Shown here in pieces: positions 10,454 through 20,959 of a DNA stretch of 51,474 bases. The notes under the pieces are model-generated. The model saw only the letters and a program-made list of their open reading frames with translations, was not told the DNA's origin and made no database searches. Made by a program: the position numbers and the translations under genes. The DNA is from Escherichia phage KarlJaspers. The stretch lies in the sequence record MZ501090; one strand, given 5' to 3'. Position 1 is the first letter of the stretch; every line of letters starts with the position of its first letter.

Positions 10454-10764
10454 AAAGGGCGGTTTACCTGTTTTATCAGAAACCGCCGACAGATGCAGAG
10501 CTTGAGGCTGTTGGCCTTACAAGGGCAGACTATGAAGGAGAAGATCCGCCAGAGGTTATATTTGATGAAAGCATGATGCAATCATGGGATATATTTTGCG
10601 CAATGCAAACGCAATGGAGATGTTCTGGCGGTGGAGCTTACGGATTTGATTATAATGTCTTGCCTATGCTTTTTGAGATTTACAAGGTTGAGGATCGCGA
10701 GATGGCGCTAAACGACTTGCGAATCATGGAGCAAAAAGCACTTGAAATGATGCATTCAAAATAA
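10136..10764 (+). CDS. tail assembly chaperone GT-like fusion via -1 frameshift
   Basis: -1 frame stays open from 10450 to stop at 10764; slippery heptamer 10444-10450; hairpin 7 nt downstream. Confidence 0.5.
10444..10487 (+). other. putative programmed -1 ribosomal frameshift site (slippery heptamer + stem-loop)
   Basis: A_AAA_AAC in G frame, then GGCGGTTT-14 nt loop-AAACCGCC stem. Confidence 0.5.
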
Positions 10765-10786
10765 GCGCCTACGGGCGCTTTTTTAT
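10764..10786 (+). terminator. rho-independent terminator
   Basis: AGCGCC-tacg-GGCGCT hairpin followed by TTTTTT. Confidence 0.7.
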
Positions 10787-10803
10787 TACCTGGAGGATTA
10801 ATA

Positions 10804-13476
10804 ATGTCAGAACAATACGCAGGCTTGACGCTTGGGGTTGATGTATCTCAACTCAACAATGCTGTAAAGTCTTTGCAGCAATTCAAGAAGGCAAACGACG
10901 ACGCAAAGGGAAGCGTTGAGAGTTTTGTTGATTCAGAGGTTGTTGCAAGACAAAGAGCCAAACAACTGGCTGAGGAATTGGCAAAGCAGAAGCAAGAATT
11001 TAAAGCAATTCAGTCGGCAATAGATCCGACAGCAAGCAAAATGGATAAGTTGCGCCAGGCTGCGACACAGCTTGATGCACTATGGAAAAAAGGAATTGTG
11101 CCGGATGATACATTCTTTGAATTAGGTTCAATTCTTGAGACACAGCAAAACAAGCTGATCGCAACGAAAAAGGCGCTAACAGAAGAAGGCCGAGCGGCGA
11201 TTGAGGAAGCAAAGAATAAAGCCAGGGCAGAGGCTGAGGCCAGAAAGTTCATTGCGGCATTACAGGCACAAGCAGACGCAGCAGAAAAGACAAAATCAGA
11301 ACTTGTTGAAATGAGAGCCGCACAACTTGGAGTTAGTGCGGAGGCCGCGCCATTTATTGCAAAAATGAAGGAGCAGGAAAAACAAGCCTCAAAACTTGGC
11401 GTTTCTATGGGGCAGTACAAGCAAGCAATGGCGCAATTGCCAATGCAGATCACTGACGTTGTTACTTCTCTTGCTTCAGGAATGCCAGTATGGATGATCG
11501 CAATCCAGCAGGGCGGGCAGATCAAGGACTCATTCGGCGGTGTTGCTAATACTTTTAAAGCGCTAATGACATTTGTCACGCCGCTAAGTGTTGGAATGAC
11601 GGCGCTGACTGGTGCTCTTGGGTATGCAGCATATAACGCTTACAAAGCCAACGCACAACTGAAGGAGATCACAAAAACCGTTCAGGATGTAACAGGTCTT
11701 TCCGGTGAGTTTGCAGAGCGGATCGCAACTGGAATCCAGGCGCTATCTGACAAGACAGGAGAGAGCGCAGACAATATCGCAAAGGCTTACATAAGCACTA
11801 AGGATGGAGCAAGCGAGGCTATACAAAAACTCGTCGATGTTGGATTTACCTATGACGAAGCAAAGGCAAAAGTAAACGAATACAAAAACGCATCAAGTTT
11901 TGTAAGTCTTAACAATGAAATTGCTGATCACAAAAACAAAGTTCTTGAGCTTGGCGATTCATGGTATGCGGTCTTAAAAGCAAAACGTGATTATGCTTCA
12001 CCGTCCGGCGGGCTGTTGGGGAAAGAGCTTGGTTATGTGAATCCAATGCTGCAATTTGCGAAGAACACCTATGAGGATATAGGAAAGATCGTAAAAGATG
12101 CGAATAAGGATATGGCGGAACGAGCAGCACGCATCGACAGAGAAAACCTTTCCTTAAACAGAGTTCGAGCGGCGCAAGAGGCTTTAAACAAAGCCATAGA
12201 GGATCAGAAGAACGTAGCAAGGACAGCAGACGAAGAGTTGAAAAAACGAGCGGCTGAGAACGTGGAGTTCAGGAGAAAAGAGCTTGAAGAGGCGAAGAAG
12301 GCGCAGCAGCAAAAGGAAAAAGTTGGTGGAGTTGTAAAAGCACCAACAGAGCAGCTTGATAAGGAGCTATATGTTCTCAAAGCGCAACTTGAAACTCTGA
12401 AAGAGCACCGAACTGTAAATGATGTTATTTCACGCCAGAGGCAATCTTTGTGGAGTATTGAAAAGCAGATCCAGATCCTGGAGGAAGCGCAAAGCAAACG
12501 TAAGCTGACAAAAGCGGAACAGGCGTTACTAAACGAGCAAAAAACAGTTCTTGCCATGGCAAAAGAAAAGGCCGAGATAGGCGATCAGATTGTTTTGCAA
12601 CAGAGAAAGAACAAGCAATACCAGGAAGGGCTAAAGTTCATTCAGCAAACTTCAGATGCCATTGATGCTATGAACTTGCGACAGTCTGGAGCTACAGATC
12701 TGCAAATCCAGCGAGAGCTTGAATTGAAAAAGTTGCGAACTGATTATGTTGCTGGCGGAGGTAGTATCGACGATGAAATTTATCAGCAGATGGAAGAAAA
12801 GCTGAAGGAGTATTACGCCACTGAGGATCAGCTAAGAAATAACTGGATTGCAGGAGCAAAAAACGCATGGGAGGTTTACGGACAAGATGCAATGGATATG
12901 TACGGAAACGTGCAAGATATTGCAAGCGAGGCGCTCAACGGTCTAACCAACCAAATGGCTACATTCCTTGCAACAGGCAAGGCAAACTTTAAGAGCTTCG
13001 CAACGTCAATCATCCAAATGATTATCCAGATGATCACGAAGATGGTTATCTTTAATGCCATATCTGGTGCGATTGGCGGTGACACTTGGACGATTGGAAG
13101 CCTTCTTAAAAATGTTGGATTTGCAACTGGTGGATACACTGGCGACGGCGGGAAGTATGAGCCAGCAGGTGTTGTCCATAAAGGCGAGTTTGTCATGACG
13201 AAGGAGGCCACGAAGCGGATCGGAGTTGGAAATCTTTACAAAATGATGCGCGGTTATGCAAATGGCGGCGTTGTTGGCGGAACTTCATACACTGGCGGCG
13301 GAGTTTCATCTGGAGCAACAAATCTTAATATTGGTGGGATCAGCGTTGATATTAACAACGGAAACGATCCGAAAGGGTTGGAGACTGGCGTAAAAATGAT
13401 TTTCACTGATATGATTAAGCGTTCCTGTACGCAGGGTGGGGAAGTTTACGAATTTGTTATGTCTAAGCGGGGGTGA
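10804..13476 (+). CDS. tail tape measure protein
   Basis: 890 aa; long coiled-coil-like Ala/Lys/Glu/Gln-rich region, hydrophobic segments, Gly-rich C-terminus; follows G/GT pair. Confidence 0.9.
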   Translation: MSEQYAGLTLGVDVSQLNNAVKSLQQFKKANDDAKGSVESFVDSEVVARQRAKQLAEELAKQKQEFKAIQSAIDPTASKMDKLRQAATQLDALWKKGIVPDDTFFELGSILETQQNKLIATKKALTEEGRAAIEEAKNKARAEAEARKFIAALQAQADAAEKTKSELVEMRAAQLGVSAEAAPFIAKMKEQEKQASKLGVSMGQYKQAMAQLPMQITDVVTSLASGMPVWMIAIQQGGQIKDSFGGVANTFKALMTFVTPLSVGMTALTGALGYAAYNAYKANAQLKEITKTVQDVTGLSGEFAERIATGIQALSDKTGESADNIAKAYISTKDGASEAIQKLVDVGFTYDEAKAKVNEYKNASSFVSLNNEIADHKNKVLELGDSWYAVLKAKRDYASPSGGLLGKELGYVNPMLQFAKNTYEDIGKIVKDANKDMAERAARIDRENLSLNRVRAAQEALNKAIEDQKNVARTADEELKKRAAENVEFRRKELEEAKKAQQQKEKVGGVVKAPTEQLDKELYVLKAQLETLKEHRTVNDVISRQRQSLWSIEKQIQILEEAQSKRKLTKAEQALLNEQKTVLAMAKEKAEIGDQIVLQQRKNKQYQEGLKFIQQTSDAIDAMNLRQSGATDLQIQRELELKKLRTDYVAGGGSIDDEIYQQMEEKLKEYYATEDQLRNNWIAGAKNAWEVYGQDAMDMYGNVQDIASEALNGLTNQMATFLATGKANFKSFATSIIQMIIQMITKMVIFNAISGAIGGDTWTIGSLLKNVGFATGGYTGDGGKYEPAGVVHKGEFVMTKEATKRIGVGNLYKMMRGYANGGVVGGTSYTGGGVSSGATNLNIGGISVDINNGNDPKGLETGVKMIFTDMIKRSCTQGGEVYEFVMSKRG

Positions 13477-13532
13477 TAGTGAAACTTGAGCAATTCAAAT
13501 GGTGCACGCAAACGCAAGGAGGCGGCGGCACT

Positions 13533-13829
13533 ATGACCACATCAAATAACGACAGGGAAATCTCATTTGGTAATGGTTACACGCAGGTTGCGTCAGGAGG
13601 GTTTAACACTGTACGCAGGGAGTTTTCCATTGTCTATGTGGGTAATGATTACCGAGATGTTGTTGACTTCCTGAATGGTCACAGGTTGAAGCCGTTTTTA
13701 TGGTTTATGCCTGACGGTCAACCTGGTCTATTCAGGGTGAAATCTGGTAGCGTTGGATTGACTCCAATATCAGCAACTGTTCAGGAAGTGAAAGCAACAT
13801 TTACTGAGCAATTTACATCAATGCAATAA
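13533..13829 (+). CDS. minor tail protein (lambda M-like, putative)
   Basis: ATG 13533 with AAGGAGG RBS (track ORF begins at GTG 13473); about 98 aa; first gene after tape measure. Confidence 0.45.
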   Translation: MTTSNNDREISFGNGYTQVASGGFNTVRREFSIVYVGNDYRDVVDFLNGHRLKPFLWFMPDGQPGLFRVKSGSVGLTPISATVQEVKATFTEQFTSMQ

Positions 13830-13832
13830 TTC

Positions 13833-13857
13833 AAGCCGCCTTTGTGCGGCTTTTTTA
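13833..13857 (+). terminator. rho-independent terminator
   Basis: GCCGC-ctttgt-GCGGC hairpin followed by TTTTTT. Confidence 0.7.
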
Positions 13858-13890
13858 TTGATGATACAATGCACGAAAGGAGGTGCAATT

Positions 13891-14652
13891 ATGGCTAATG
13901 AAACAACAGGTCGCGCGGATCTTGAAAATTGTCTGCAAAGCCTTTACCCTGGCGAGATTATCACGCTAATTGAGATTGACGGCACAAAGTTTGGCGCAAA
14001 CATTTACCGCATACACAATGAGAATATCTCATACACTGCGGAAGAATTATTACAGGCGCGAGAAACTGGAGTTCTTCCGCCGAAAGAGATTACATTCCGT
14101 GGTGAGGTTTACGGCGCTCGCCCGTTCGGAATATCTGGAATAAACTTCACAAGCAACGGAAAGGCTGATAAGCCACAATTGATACTATCAAACCTTGATA
14201 GCCAGGTGAGCGCGATGATTCGTAACTTTAACGGCATGATGCAAGCAAAGGTGACAATATGGATCACGCCAGCCGAATTGATGGGAAAAGATGGTAGCAT
14301 TAAAGATGGTGCTTCAAGAAGGCTGGTTTATTACATTGAACGACCAAGCCATTACAATAGAATGATGGCAAAATTTGATCTGACATCGCCTTATGATATG
14401 GATGGAATAATGATTCCTCCGCGAATAACTCAAAGCGTTTGTTATTGGGCGCAGCGTGGATGGTATCGAAGCGGAAAAGGTTGCGGATACAATGGATCGC
14501 GAATGTTTGATAAAGACAACAATCCTGTAACAGATCCATCTCAAGACTTTTGCGCCGGAACTGTAACAGCGTGCAAACTTCGTTTTGGTGCAGATCAGCA
14601 GCTTGATTTTGGCGGCGCACCAGTAGCAAGCCTGTTAAGGAGAAGTCAGTGA
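13891..14652 (+). CDS. minor tail protein (lambda L-like)
   Basis: ATG 13891 with AAGGAGG RBS; C-terminal cysteine cluster (CYWAQ...GCGYNG...FCAGTVTAC) like the Fe-S site of lambda gpL. Confidence 0.65.
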   Translation: MANETTGRADLENCLQSLYPGEIITLIEIDGTKFGANIYRIHNENISYTAEELLQARETGVLPPKEITFRGEVYGARPFGISGINFTSNGKADKPQLILSNLDSQVSAMIRNFNGMMQAKVTIWITPAELMGKDGSIKDGASRRLVYYIERPSHYNRMMAKFDLTSPYDMDGIMIPPRITQSVCYWAQRGWYRSGKGCGYNGSRMFDKDNNPVTDPSQDFCAGTVTACKLRFGADQQLDFGGAPVASLLRRSQ

Positions 14653-15383
14653 TGATTAGTGCAAAAATAAAACTTGAAATAATGCAGCACGTAAAAGATG
14701 AATACCCGCGCGAGGCGTGCGGTGTTATCACTCAAAAGTCGCGGGTACAGAAATATCACCGCATCACCAACGTGCATGATGATCCTGAAAATCATTTTGA
14801 AATGGATGCGGTTGAATACGTTGAAGCGTGTGAAAGTGGAGAGCTTATTGCTGTTGTGCATAGCCATACTGGAGACGGGGCAAGCACAATTCCAAGCGCA
14901 CATGATACATGCATGTGTGATGAAATGGGCGTTTCATGGATTATTGTTTCATGGCCTGAAGGCGACATGAGAATCATTGAGCCTGAATCTCGTCCATTGA
15001 TTGGTCGTCCGTGGTCGCTTGGGGCATATGATTGCTGGGGTCTTATTATGGCATGGCACAAGCAACATGGCGTTATCCTGAATGATTTCAGGAAACCATA
15101 TGAATGGTGGAAGCCTGAGCACGGCGAAAATCTTTACCAGGAAAATTATCTGAAAGAGGGTTTTGTTGAAACAGGAGAGCCGCCAAAACCTGGTGATATG
15201 GTTATCTTCCAGCTTTCCGCGCCAGTGTGGAATCATGCAGGCATTTATCTTGGCAACAATCAGTTGCTTCATCATGCCTTTGGTAAGTTGTCGAGGGTTG
15301 ATTTGTATTCTGGATGGTATCAGGAACATGCAAAAATGGTTTGTAGACATAAGGATCTGAAATATGACTTTGAAGGTAATTAA
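14652..15383 (+). CDS. tail tip assembly protein (lambda K-like; JAB/MPN + NlpC/P60)
   Basis: EACGVI...HSHTGDGASTIPSAHD JAMM-like motif and DCWGL NlpC/P60-like Cys. Confidence 0.75.
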   Translation: MISAKIKLEIMQHVKDEYPREACGVITQKSRVQKYHRITNVHDDPENHFEMDAVEYVEACESGELIAVVHSHTGDGASTIPSAHDTCMCDEMGVSWIIVSWPEGDMRIIEPESRPLIGRPWSLGAYDCWGLIMAWHKQHGVILNDFRKPYEWWKPEHGENLYQENYLKEGFVETGEPPKPGDMVIFQLSAPVWNHAGIYLGNNQLLHHAFGKLSRVDLYSGWYQEHAKMVCRHKDLKYDFEGN

Positions 15384-15960
15384 ATTATCTGGATCTTTAG
15401 GCCGAAGATTTGGAGTATTTCATAAGCTGGCTGTTGATTCATACCCCGAAGCAATACGCGCACTATCTTCGCAGGTGGAAGGATTCAAGGACTACATGCA
15501 AAGCGAAGTAGGATCGCGAATGCGTTATGCTGTATTTGTTGACGGTAATAATGTAGGACAGCACGATGAAAAATCGTGGCAATGCGCAAAGGAAGTGAGG
15601 ATTATTCCAATCCCAACAGGTTCAAAGTCTGGCGGGTTGTTTCAGGTTGTTCTTGGCGCGGTTATTATGGCGACTGCATTTTTCACTGGCGGCGCTTCAC
15701 TTGCTTTGATGGGCGCTTTTGCATCTTCTGCTTTCATGATGGGTGGTGCTATGGTGCTTGGCGGAGTAATGCAAATGATTTCACCGCAGCAAGGAGGATC
15801 AAGATTGTCCTCACAGTCAGCAGAAAACAAACCGTCTTATGCTTTCGGTGGCGCTGTTAACACAACGGCAGCAGGATACCCAATACCATTGCCATATGGT
15901 CAAAGGACCGTTGGGGGAGCTATCTGGTCGGCTGGCAGCTATGCAGAAGATAAGGCTTAA
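15364..15960 (+). CDS. tail assembly protein (lambda I-like)
   Basis: 198 aa, overlapping K-like gene; Gly/Ala-rich hydrophobic C-terminal half; synteny. Confidence 0.6.
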   Translation: MTLKVIKLSGSLGRRFGVFHKLAVDSYPEAIRALSSQVEGFKDYMQSEVGSRMRYAVFVDGNNVGQHDEKSWQCAKEVRIIPIPTGSKSGGLFQVVLGAVIMATAFFTGGASLALMGAFASSAFMMGGAMVLGGVMQMISPQQGGSRLSSQSAENKPSYAFGGAVNTTAAGYPIPLPYGQRTVGGAIWSAGSYAEDKA

Positions 15961-15968
15961 TATAAAAG

Positions 15969-15996
15969 AGTCGCGCGTTGCGCGGCTTTTTTTTTG
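15969..15996 (+). terminator. rho-independent terminator
   Basis: GC-rich hairpin (GTCGCGCG-ttg-CGCGGC) followed by TTTTTTTTT. Confidence 0.8.
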
Positions 15997-16040
15997 CCCG
16001 TATAATTCAACAAATCAAATAGCACAAAAGGTGAAAAAGC

Positions 16041-19000
16041 ATGGCTGAAAATATGATAACGGGCAGTAAGGGTGGATCATCAAAACCTTATGTGCCGAAA
16101 GAGATGGAAGATAACCTGATCTCAATCAACAAAATCAAAATCCTTCTTGCCGTTTCCGATGGTGAGTGCGATCCAGATTTCACGCTTCGCGATCTGTATC
16201 TCGATGATGTTCCGGTAATTGCAGATGATGGAACTGTTAACTATCAGGGTGTGAAAGCTGAATTTCGACCCGGAACGCAGACGCAAGATTACATCCAGGG
16301 GTTTACTGACACATCAAGCGAAGTGACGCTGGCGCGTGACATTACGACGACAAATCCTTATGTAATTTCCGTAACCAACAAAACATTATCGGCTATCAGA
16401 ATCAAAATGCTAATGCCAACAGGCATTAAGCAAGAGGATAACGGCGATCTTGTCGGCGTTAAGGTTACTTATGCTGTTGATATGGCTGTTGACGGAGACT
16501 CTTACAAAGAGGTATTGCTAGACACTATCGAAGGTAAAACGCGTTCCGGTTACGACAGAAGCCGGAGGATTGACCTTCCGGCATTTAATGATCGCGTATT
16601 ACTTAGGGTTAGAAGGGTTACGGCAGACAGCACATCTTCTCGTGTTACTGATCTGATTAAACTACAAAGTTACGCTGAGGTTATTGATGCAAAATTCCGT
16701 TATCCTCTGACTGGTCTTGTTTACGTTGAATTTGACAGCGAATTGTTCCCAAATCAGATCCCTAACATTTCAATCAAGAAGAAATGGAAGCTGATTAACG
16801 TTCCGAGTAACTACGATCCTGTTTTGAGAGAGTATCACGGTTCATGGGATGGAACATTCAAAAAAGCATGGTCAAATAATCCAGCATGGGTGCTTTATGA
16901 CATTATCACAAACCAGCGATATGGATTAGATCAGCGAGAGCTTGGTGTGCAGGTTGACAAATGGAGTCTTTACGAAGCGGCGCAATACTGCGATCAGAAA
17001 GTGCCGGACGGAAAAGGCGGCACAGAGCCGCGTTATCTATGCGACGTTGTGATTCAAAGCCAGATTGAGGCTTATCAGCTTATTCGTGATATTTGCTCAA
17101 TCTTCAGAGGCATGAGCTTTTGGAATGGAGAGAGCTTGTCAATCGTCATTGATAAGCCGCGCGATCCGTCGTACATCTTCACAAATGACAATGTTGTTGA
17201 TGGTGATTTTCAGTACACAACAGCAAGTGAAAAGAGCATGTACACGCAGTGCAACGTGACGTTCGATGACGAACAAAACATGTATCAACAGGACGTAGAG
17301 GGTGTATTCGACACAGAGGCCGCATTGCGATTTGGATACAATCCTACAAGCATAACCGCGATCGGATGTACACGCAGGAGTGAGGCTAATCGGCGCGGTC
17401 GATGGATACTAAAAACCAACTTGCGCAGCACTACGGTAAACTTTGCTACTGGACTGGAAGGCATGATCCCATCAATAGGTGATGTGATTGCTATTGCTGA
17501 CAATTTTCACAGCAGCAACCTTAAATTAAACCTATCAGGGCGCGTGATGGAAGTTTCCGGCTTGCAGGTGTTCGTTCCGTTTAAGATTGACGCGCGACCA
17601 GGTGATTTCATTATCATCAACAAGCCGGACGGAAAGCCAGTTAAGCGCACAATCTCAAAAGTAAGCGGTGACGGAAAAACCATTGAACTAAACATTGGGT
17701 TTGGGTTTGAAGTTAAACCTGACACGGTTTTTGCAATCGACCGCACTGATATTGCATTGCAGCAATACGTTGTAACGAGTATCGGCAAAGGTGATGATGA
17801 TGATGAATTTACATACTCCATCACGGCTGTTGAATATGACCCTAACAAATACGACGAGATTGATTATGGAGTAAACATTGACGACAGGCCAACTTCAATT
17901 GTCCAGCCTGACACAATGGCAGCGCCTGAAAATGTGCAAATATCCTCATACTCGCGAATTGTCCAGGGTGCAAGCGTTGAGACAATGGTTGTGTCGTGGG
18001 ATAAAGTACCTTACGCATCGCTGTATGAAATGCAATGGCGAAAAGGTGATGGCAACTGGCTGAATACACCACAGACCGCAAACAAAGAAATTGAGGTTGA
18101 AGGTATTTATTCAGGAAACTACCAGGTAAGGGTTAGATCTGTTTCCGCTTCAGGTTCTACGTCTCCGTGGTCCAGAATTGTGACAGCATCACTGACTGGT
18201 AAGGTAGGAGAGCCAGGCGCGCCAGTTAACTTAACCGCATCCGACAATGAAGTGTTTGGCATTCGTGTTAAGTGGGGGATGCCAGAAGGGAGCGGAGACA
18301 CGGCATACATTGAGCTTCATCAGTCGCCGGATGGAACGGCTGAAAACTCAAGCCTGCTAACGCTGATCCCGTATCCACAATATGAATACTGGCACGGTAC
18401 GCTTCCGGCTGGTCATGTTGTATGGTATCGGATCAGGAGCGTAGACAGGATCGGCAACGTTTCCGGTTGGACTGATTTTGTTAGAGGTATGGCTTCAGAT
18501 GATGTGGAGGCTGTTTTAGGAGATATTCTTGATAAGATTTTTGATACTGAAGCAGGTCAGGATCTTAAAGAGAACGCCATTGACAGTGCAAACAAGATAA
18601 AGGACCAGGCGCAAGCAATCATCCAGAATGCTCTTGCTAATGATGCTGATATTAAGTGGACGCGAGTACAAAATGGAAAGCGAAAGGCTGAATATGGTCA
18701 CGCGCTTGAGCTTATCGCCACAGAGACTGAGGCGCGAGTTACGCAGATTGAAGAATTGAGGGCGTCAATCGACGAGGATATTGTTTCAAGCATAAAGACA
18801 GTGCAGGAGGCTATCGCCACAGAATCTGAAACGCGAGCAACTCAAATAAATGCTTTGGATTCAAAATTCACAACTGAAATTGACGGTGTAAAACGCGATA
18901 CAGCCGCAAGCATTAATCAGGTTAATCAAACCATTGCCAATGAGTCAGAAGCGCGCGCGCAGGCCGTTAACGCGCTTGATGCGAAGTTCACAAAGGAGAT

Positions 19001-19619
19001 CGAAGATTTAAACGGAGTCATTAAGACTGAGGTTGAGGCTAACATCTCTGAAGTGAAACAGGCTATCGCTAACGAGACAGAGGCAAGGGTGCAGGCTGAC
19101 CAGGCGTTAACAGCTAAGTTTGGAGACGTTGAATCTGCATTAGCTCAAAAACTTGATTCGTGGGCTGGCGTTGATTCGGTTGGCGCTAAGTACGCCATGA
19201 AATTGGGCCTTACTTACAACGGGCAGAAGTACAGCGCAGGAATGGTAATGCAGCTTTCTCAGAGTTCATCCGGCCTTATCTCGCAAATTTTGTTTGATGC
19301 GAATAGGTTTGCGATTATGACTAGCTCGACTGGCGGAGTGTATACGCTGCCTTTCGTTGTTGAAAATAACCAGGTATTCATCAATAGCTTGTTAGTTAAA
19401 AACGGATCAATAAACAATGCGATGATCGGTAACTTCATCCAATCAAACAATTACGTTTGGAATCAAACAGGATGGAGGTTGGATAAAAACGGCACGTTTG
19501 AAAATTATGGTTCTACTCCTGGAGAGGGAGCCATGAAAATGACAAACGAAACGATCAGCGTTAGGGATGCAAACGGCGTTTTGCGTGTTCAGATTGGGCG
19601 TATCACAGGTTATTGGTAA
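16041..19619 (+). CDS. tail tip / host-specificity protein (lambda J-like)
   Basis: 1192 aa; position after M-L-K-I; central repetitive region and C-terminal coiled-coil repeats (TETEARxxQ...). Confidence 0.85.
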   Translation: MAENMITGSKGGSSKPYVPKEMEDNLISINKIKILLAVSDGECDPDFTLRDLYLDDVPVIADDGTVNYQGVKAEFRPGTQTQDYIQGFTDTSSEVTLARDITTTNPYVISVTNKTLSAIRIKMLMPTGIKQEDNGDLVGVKVTYAVDMAVDGDSYKEVLLDTIEGKTRSGYDRSRRIDLPAFNDRVLLRVRRVTADSTSSRVTDLIKLQSYAEVIDAKFRYPLTGLVYVEFDSELFPNQIPNISIKKKWKLINVPSNYDPVLREYHGSWDGTFKKAWSNNPAWVLYDIITNQRYGLDQRELGVQVDKWSLYEAAQYCDQKVPDGKGGTEPRYLCDVVIQSQIEAYQLIRDICSIFRGMSFWNGESLSIVIDKPRDPSYIFTNDNVVDGDFQYTTASEKSMYTQCNVTFDDEQNMYQQDVEGVFDTEAALRFGYNPTSITAIGCTRRSEANRRGRWILKTNLRSTTVNFATGLEGMIPSIGDVIAIADNFHSSNLKLNLSGRVMEVSGLQVFVPFKIDARPGDFIIINKPDGKPVKRTISKVSGDGKTIELNIGFGFEVKPDTVFAIDRTDIALQQYVVTSIGKGDDDDEFTYSITAVEYDPNKYDEIDYGVNIDDRPTSIVQPDTMAAPENVQISSYSRIVQGASVETMVVSWDKVPYASLYEMQWRKGDGNWLNTPQTANKEIEVEGIYSGNYQVRVRSVSASGSTSPWSRIVTASLTGKVGEPGAPVNLTASDNEVFGIRVKWGMPEGSGDTAYIELHQSPDGTAENSSLLTLIPYPQYEYWHGTLPAGHVVWYRIRSVDRIGNVSGWTDFVRGMASDDVEAVLGDILDKIFDTEAGQDLKENAIDSANKIKDQAQAIIQNALANDADIKWTRVQNGKRKAEYGHALELIATETEARVTQIEELRASIDEDIVSSIKTVQEAIATESETRATQINALDSKFTTEIDGVKRDTAASINQVNQTIANESEARAQAVNALDAKFTKEIEDLNGVIKTEVEANISEVKQAIANETEARVQADQALTAKFGDVESALAQKLDSWAGVDSVGAKYAMKLGLTYNGQKYSAGMVMQLSQSSSGLISQILFDANRFAIMTSSTGGVYTLPFVVENNQVFINSLLVKNGSINNAMIGNFIQSNNYVWNQTGWRLDKNGTFENYGSTPGEGAMKMTNETISVRDANGVLRVQIGRITGYW

Positions 19620-19625
19620 AAGCAA

Positions 19626-19653
19626 AGGGAGGCGCATTGCCTCCCTTTTTTTA
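19626..19653 (+). terminator. rho-independent terminator
   Basis: AGGGAGGC-gcatt-GCCTCCCT hairpin followed by TTTTTTT. Confidence 0.85.
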
Positions 19654-20310
19654 TTAGTCATATTTTGATGCGTCTATAGCAAGTATTGATGAAGAATAAT
19701 AAACCCCAAGCGGACCAGGCGTTTGAGCAACCTGCTTTGATATTGAGTAAATATTTGATCCAGATGCGCCGGATTGTGATTCAAATATCATGTGACCGCC
19801 AAGTTGAGGATTTGGAACGGAGTTTATTGCCGTTTGAAATGGCGTTACAGCGCATGTATAACCCAAATAAACATCAAATGTTATTCCGCTAACTGGTATT
19901 TGGTGAGCCTCTAAAGGCTTCATTTTTCCGTGGTATGTCATTTGACCAGCGGAATTATAAAACGCTATTCCGTGACTACCAGGACTTGTTACCATATCGC
20001 TAAAAGCGTAAACCCTAATCCATCCAGGGTTGTCCGTCCTATCAATCCTAAGTGCATGATAACCACCATTATTTATGTGAGAAAAAGCAGTGTATGCACG
20101 AGATCCCATTCTCACAAAGAAAAAGCATACACGATCAAATGGTATTGATGTTTGATAAATGGAGCCGTTATAAACCCCCATATCACCTCGATTAATTAAA
20201 TTCACAGGCGTAAAATCAGGACTTAGCCAAATTGACCCATCCGGCTTTGTGATCTGCATTCCGTACATGTTACCCCCAAAACGTATATATATATCTTGAC
20301 TCGCCAGCAT
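19654..20310 (-). CDS. hypothetical protein (C-terminal part of gene split at TA tract)
   Basis: 218 aa ORF; its first 41 nt overlap the upstream 94 aa ORF in another frame. Confidence 0.4.
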   Translation of the reverse strand: MLASQDIYIRFGGNMYGMQITKPDGSIWLSPDFTPVNLINRGDMGVYNGSIYQTSIPFDRVCFFFVRMGSRAYTAFSHINNGGYHALRIDRTDNPGWIRVYAFSDMVTSPGSHGIAFYNSAGQMTYHGKMKPLEAHQIPVSGITFDVYLGYTCAVTPFQTAINSVPNPQLGGHMIFESQSGASGSNIYSISKQVAQTPGPLGVYYSSSILAIDASKYD

Positions 20311-20554
20311 TAAGACCAGACCACGAAACAGTATTCCCGCTAACGTTTATTGTTGGTGCTCCCCAGTTAACTCCAGCCCACGTCTGCGTTCCAATATATC
20401 CAGCCTTTAATGTTTTTCCTGGCGGCTGATTGTAATATGTCTTGCTTCCTGATGGTTGTGTGAATCTATCCAGGAAGAATACAGGAGTTAATAAACCAGT
20501 AACATCCCTTCCTTGTTCGTCGTAAATTGCGTAACCGTATGCCATTATTTGCAC
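20270..20554 (-). CDS. hypothetical protein (N-terminal part of split gene)
   Basis: 94 aa ORF ending YIYTFWG encoded across (TA)5 tract at 20284-20294. Confidence 0.4.
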   Translation of the reverse strand: MQIMAYGYAIYDEQGRDVTGLLTPVFFLDRFTQPSGSKTYYNQPPGKTLKAGYIGTQTWAGVNWGAPTINVSGNTVSWSGLNAGESRYIYTFWG

Positions 20555-20814
20555 TCCACATAATCAAAATTATCCTCGCTTTGCCACCTGTGAACGAAAG
20601 TTACATATTTTTGTGATGGAGCTACGCGATAGTGTTTTTCACCGAATCTGTTTTCGCGCACAGCGTTTATTTTCACAGGATAGCTATCATTTACAGGGAA
20701 TGTTTTCACCATGTATGAGCCAACGCAATCAACCTCTTTATAGCCCCCATCCATTGACGCAGAACAACCAGTCAGGGCAACGGCGGCAATCAAAACGGCT
20801 ATTAACTTTTTCAT
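20545..20814 (-). CDS. outer-membrane lipoprotein, Cor-like superinfection exclusion (putative)
   Basis: 89 aa; signal peptide with lipobox LTGC; location after tail tip gene as for cor in T1/phi80-type phages. Confidence 0.5.
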   Translation of the reverse strand: MKKLIAVLIAAVALTGCSASMDGGYKEVDCVGSYMVKTFPVNDSYPVKINAVRENRFGEKHYRVAPSQKYVTFVHRWQSEDNFDYVECK

Positions 20815-20869
20815 TTTGGTGTCTCCTTAGTTGTTGTTGGTTGCAACTATACACGATCTTGCGGTGGGC

Positions 20870-20888
20870 GTTTAGCAAAAAGTGCCAT
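20870..20888 (-). promoter_or_regulatory. degenerate copy of conserved motif upstream of cor-like gene
   Basis: GTTTAGCAAAAAGTGCCAT; minus-strand TATAGT and AAGGAG RBS follow. Confidence 0.35.
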
Positions 20889-20959
20889 TCTGTTCTTTTT
20901 GTTCTCCTGCGTTCTCAAATCTGCGGAGGCTTAAATTTAGCTCAAAATGTGAGCAACAA

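Noticed and set aside
11010-13211. Several minus-strand ORFs (70-189 aa) inside the tape measure gene
   Set aside because: Fully embedded antisense in a long, well-supported coding region; no RBS; low-complexity translations typical of shadow ORFs.
15992-16030. Possible extra motif copy (AATAGCACAAAAGG) just upstream of the J-like gene
   Set aside because: Only the ATAGCAC half matches and the rest overlaps the RBS; too degenerate to count.
17285-19661. Minus-strand and alternative-frame ORFs inside the J-like tail tip gene
   Set aside because: Overlapped by the 1192 aa ORF with consistent coding features; no independent start signals.
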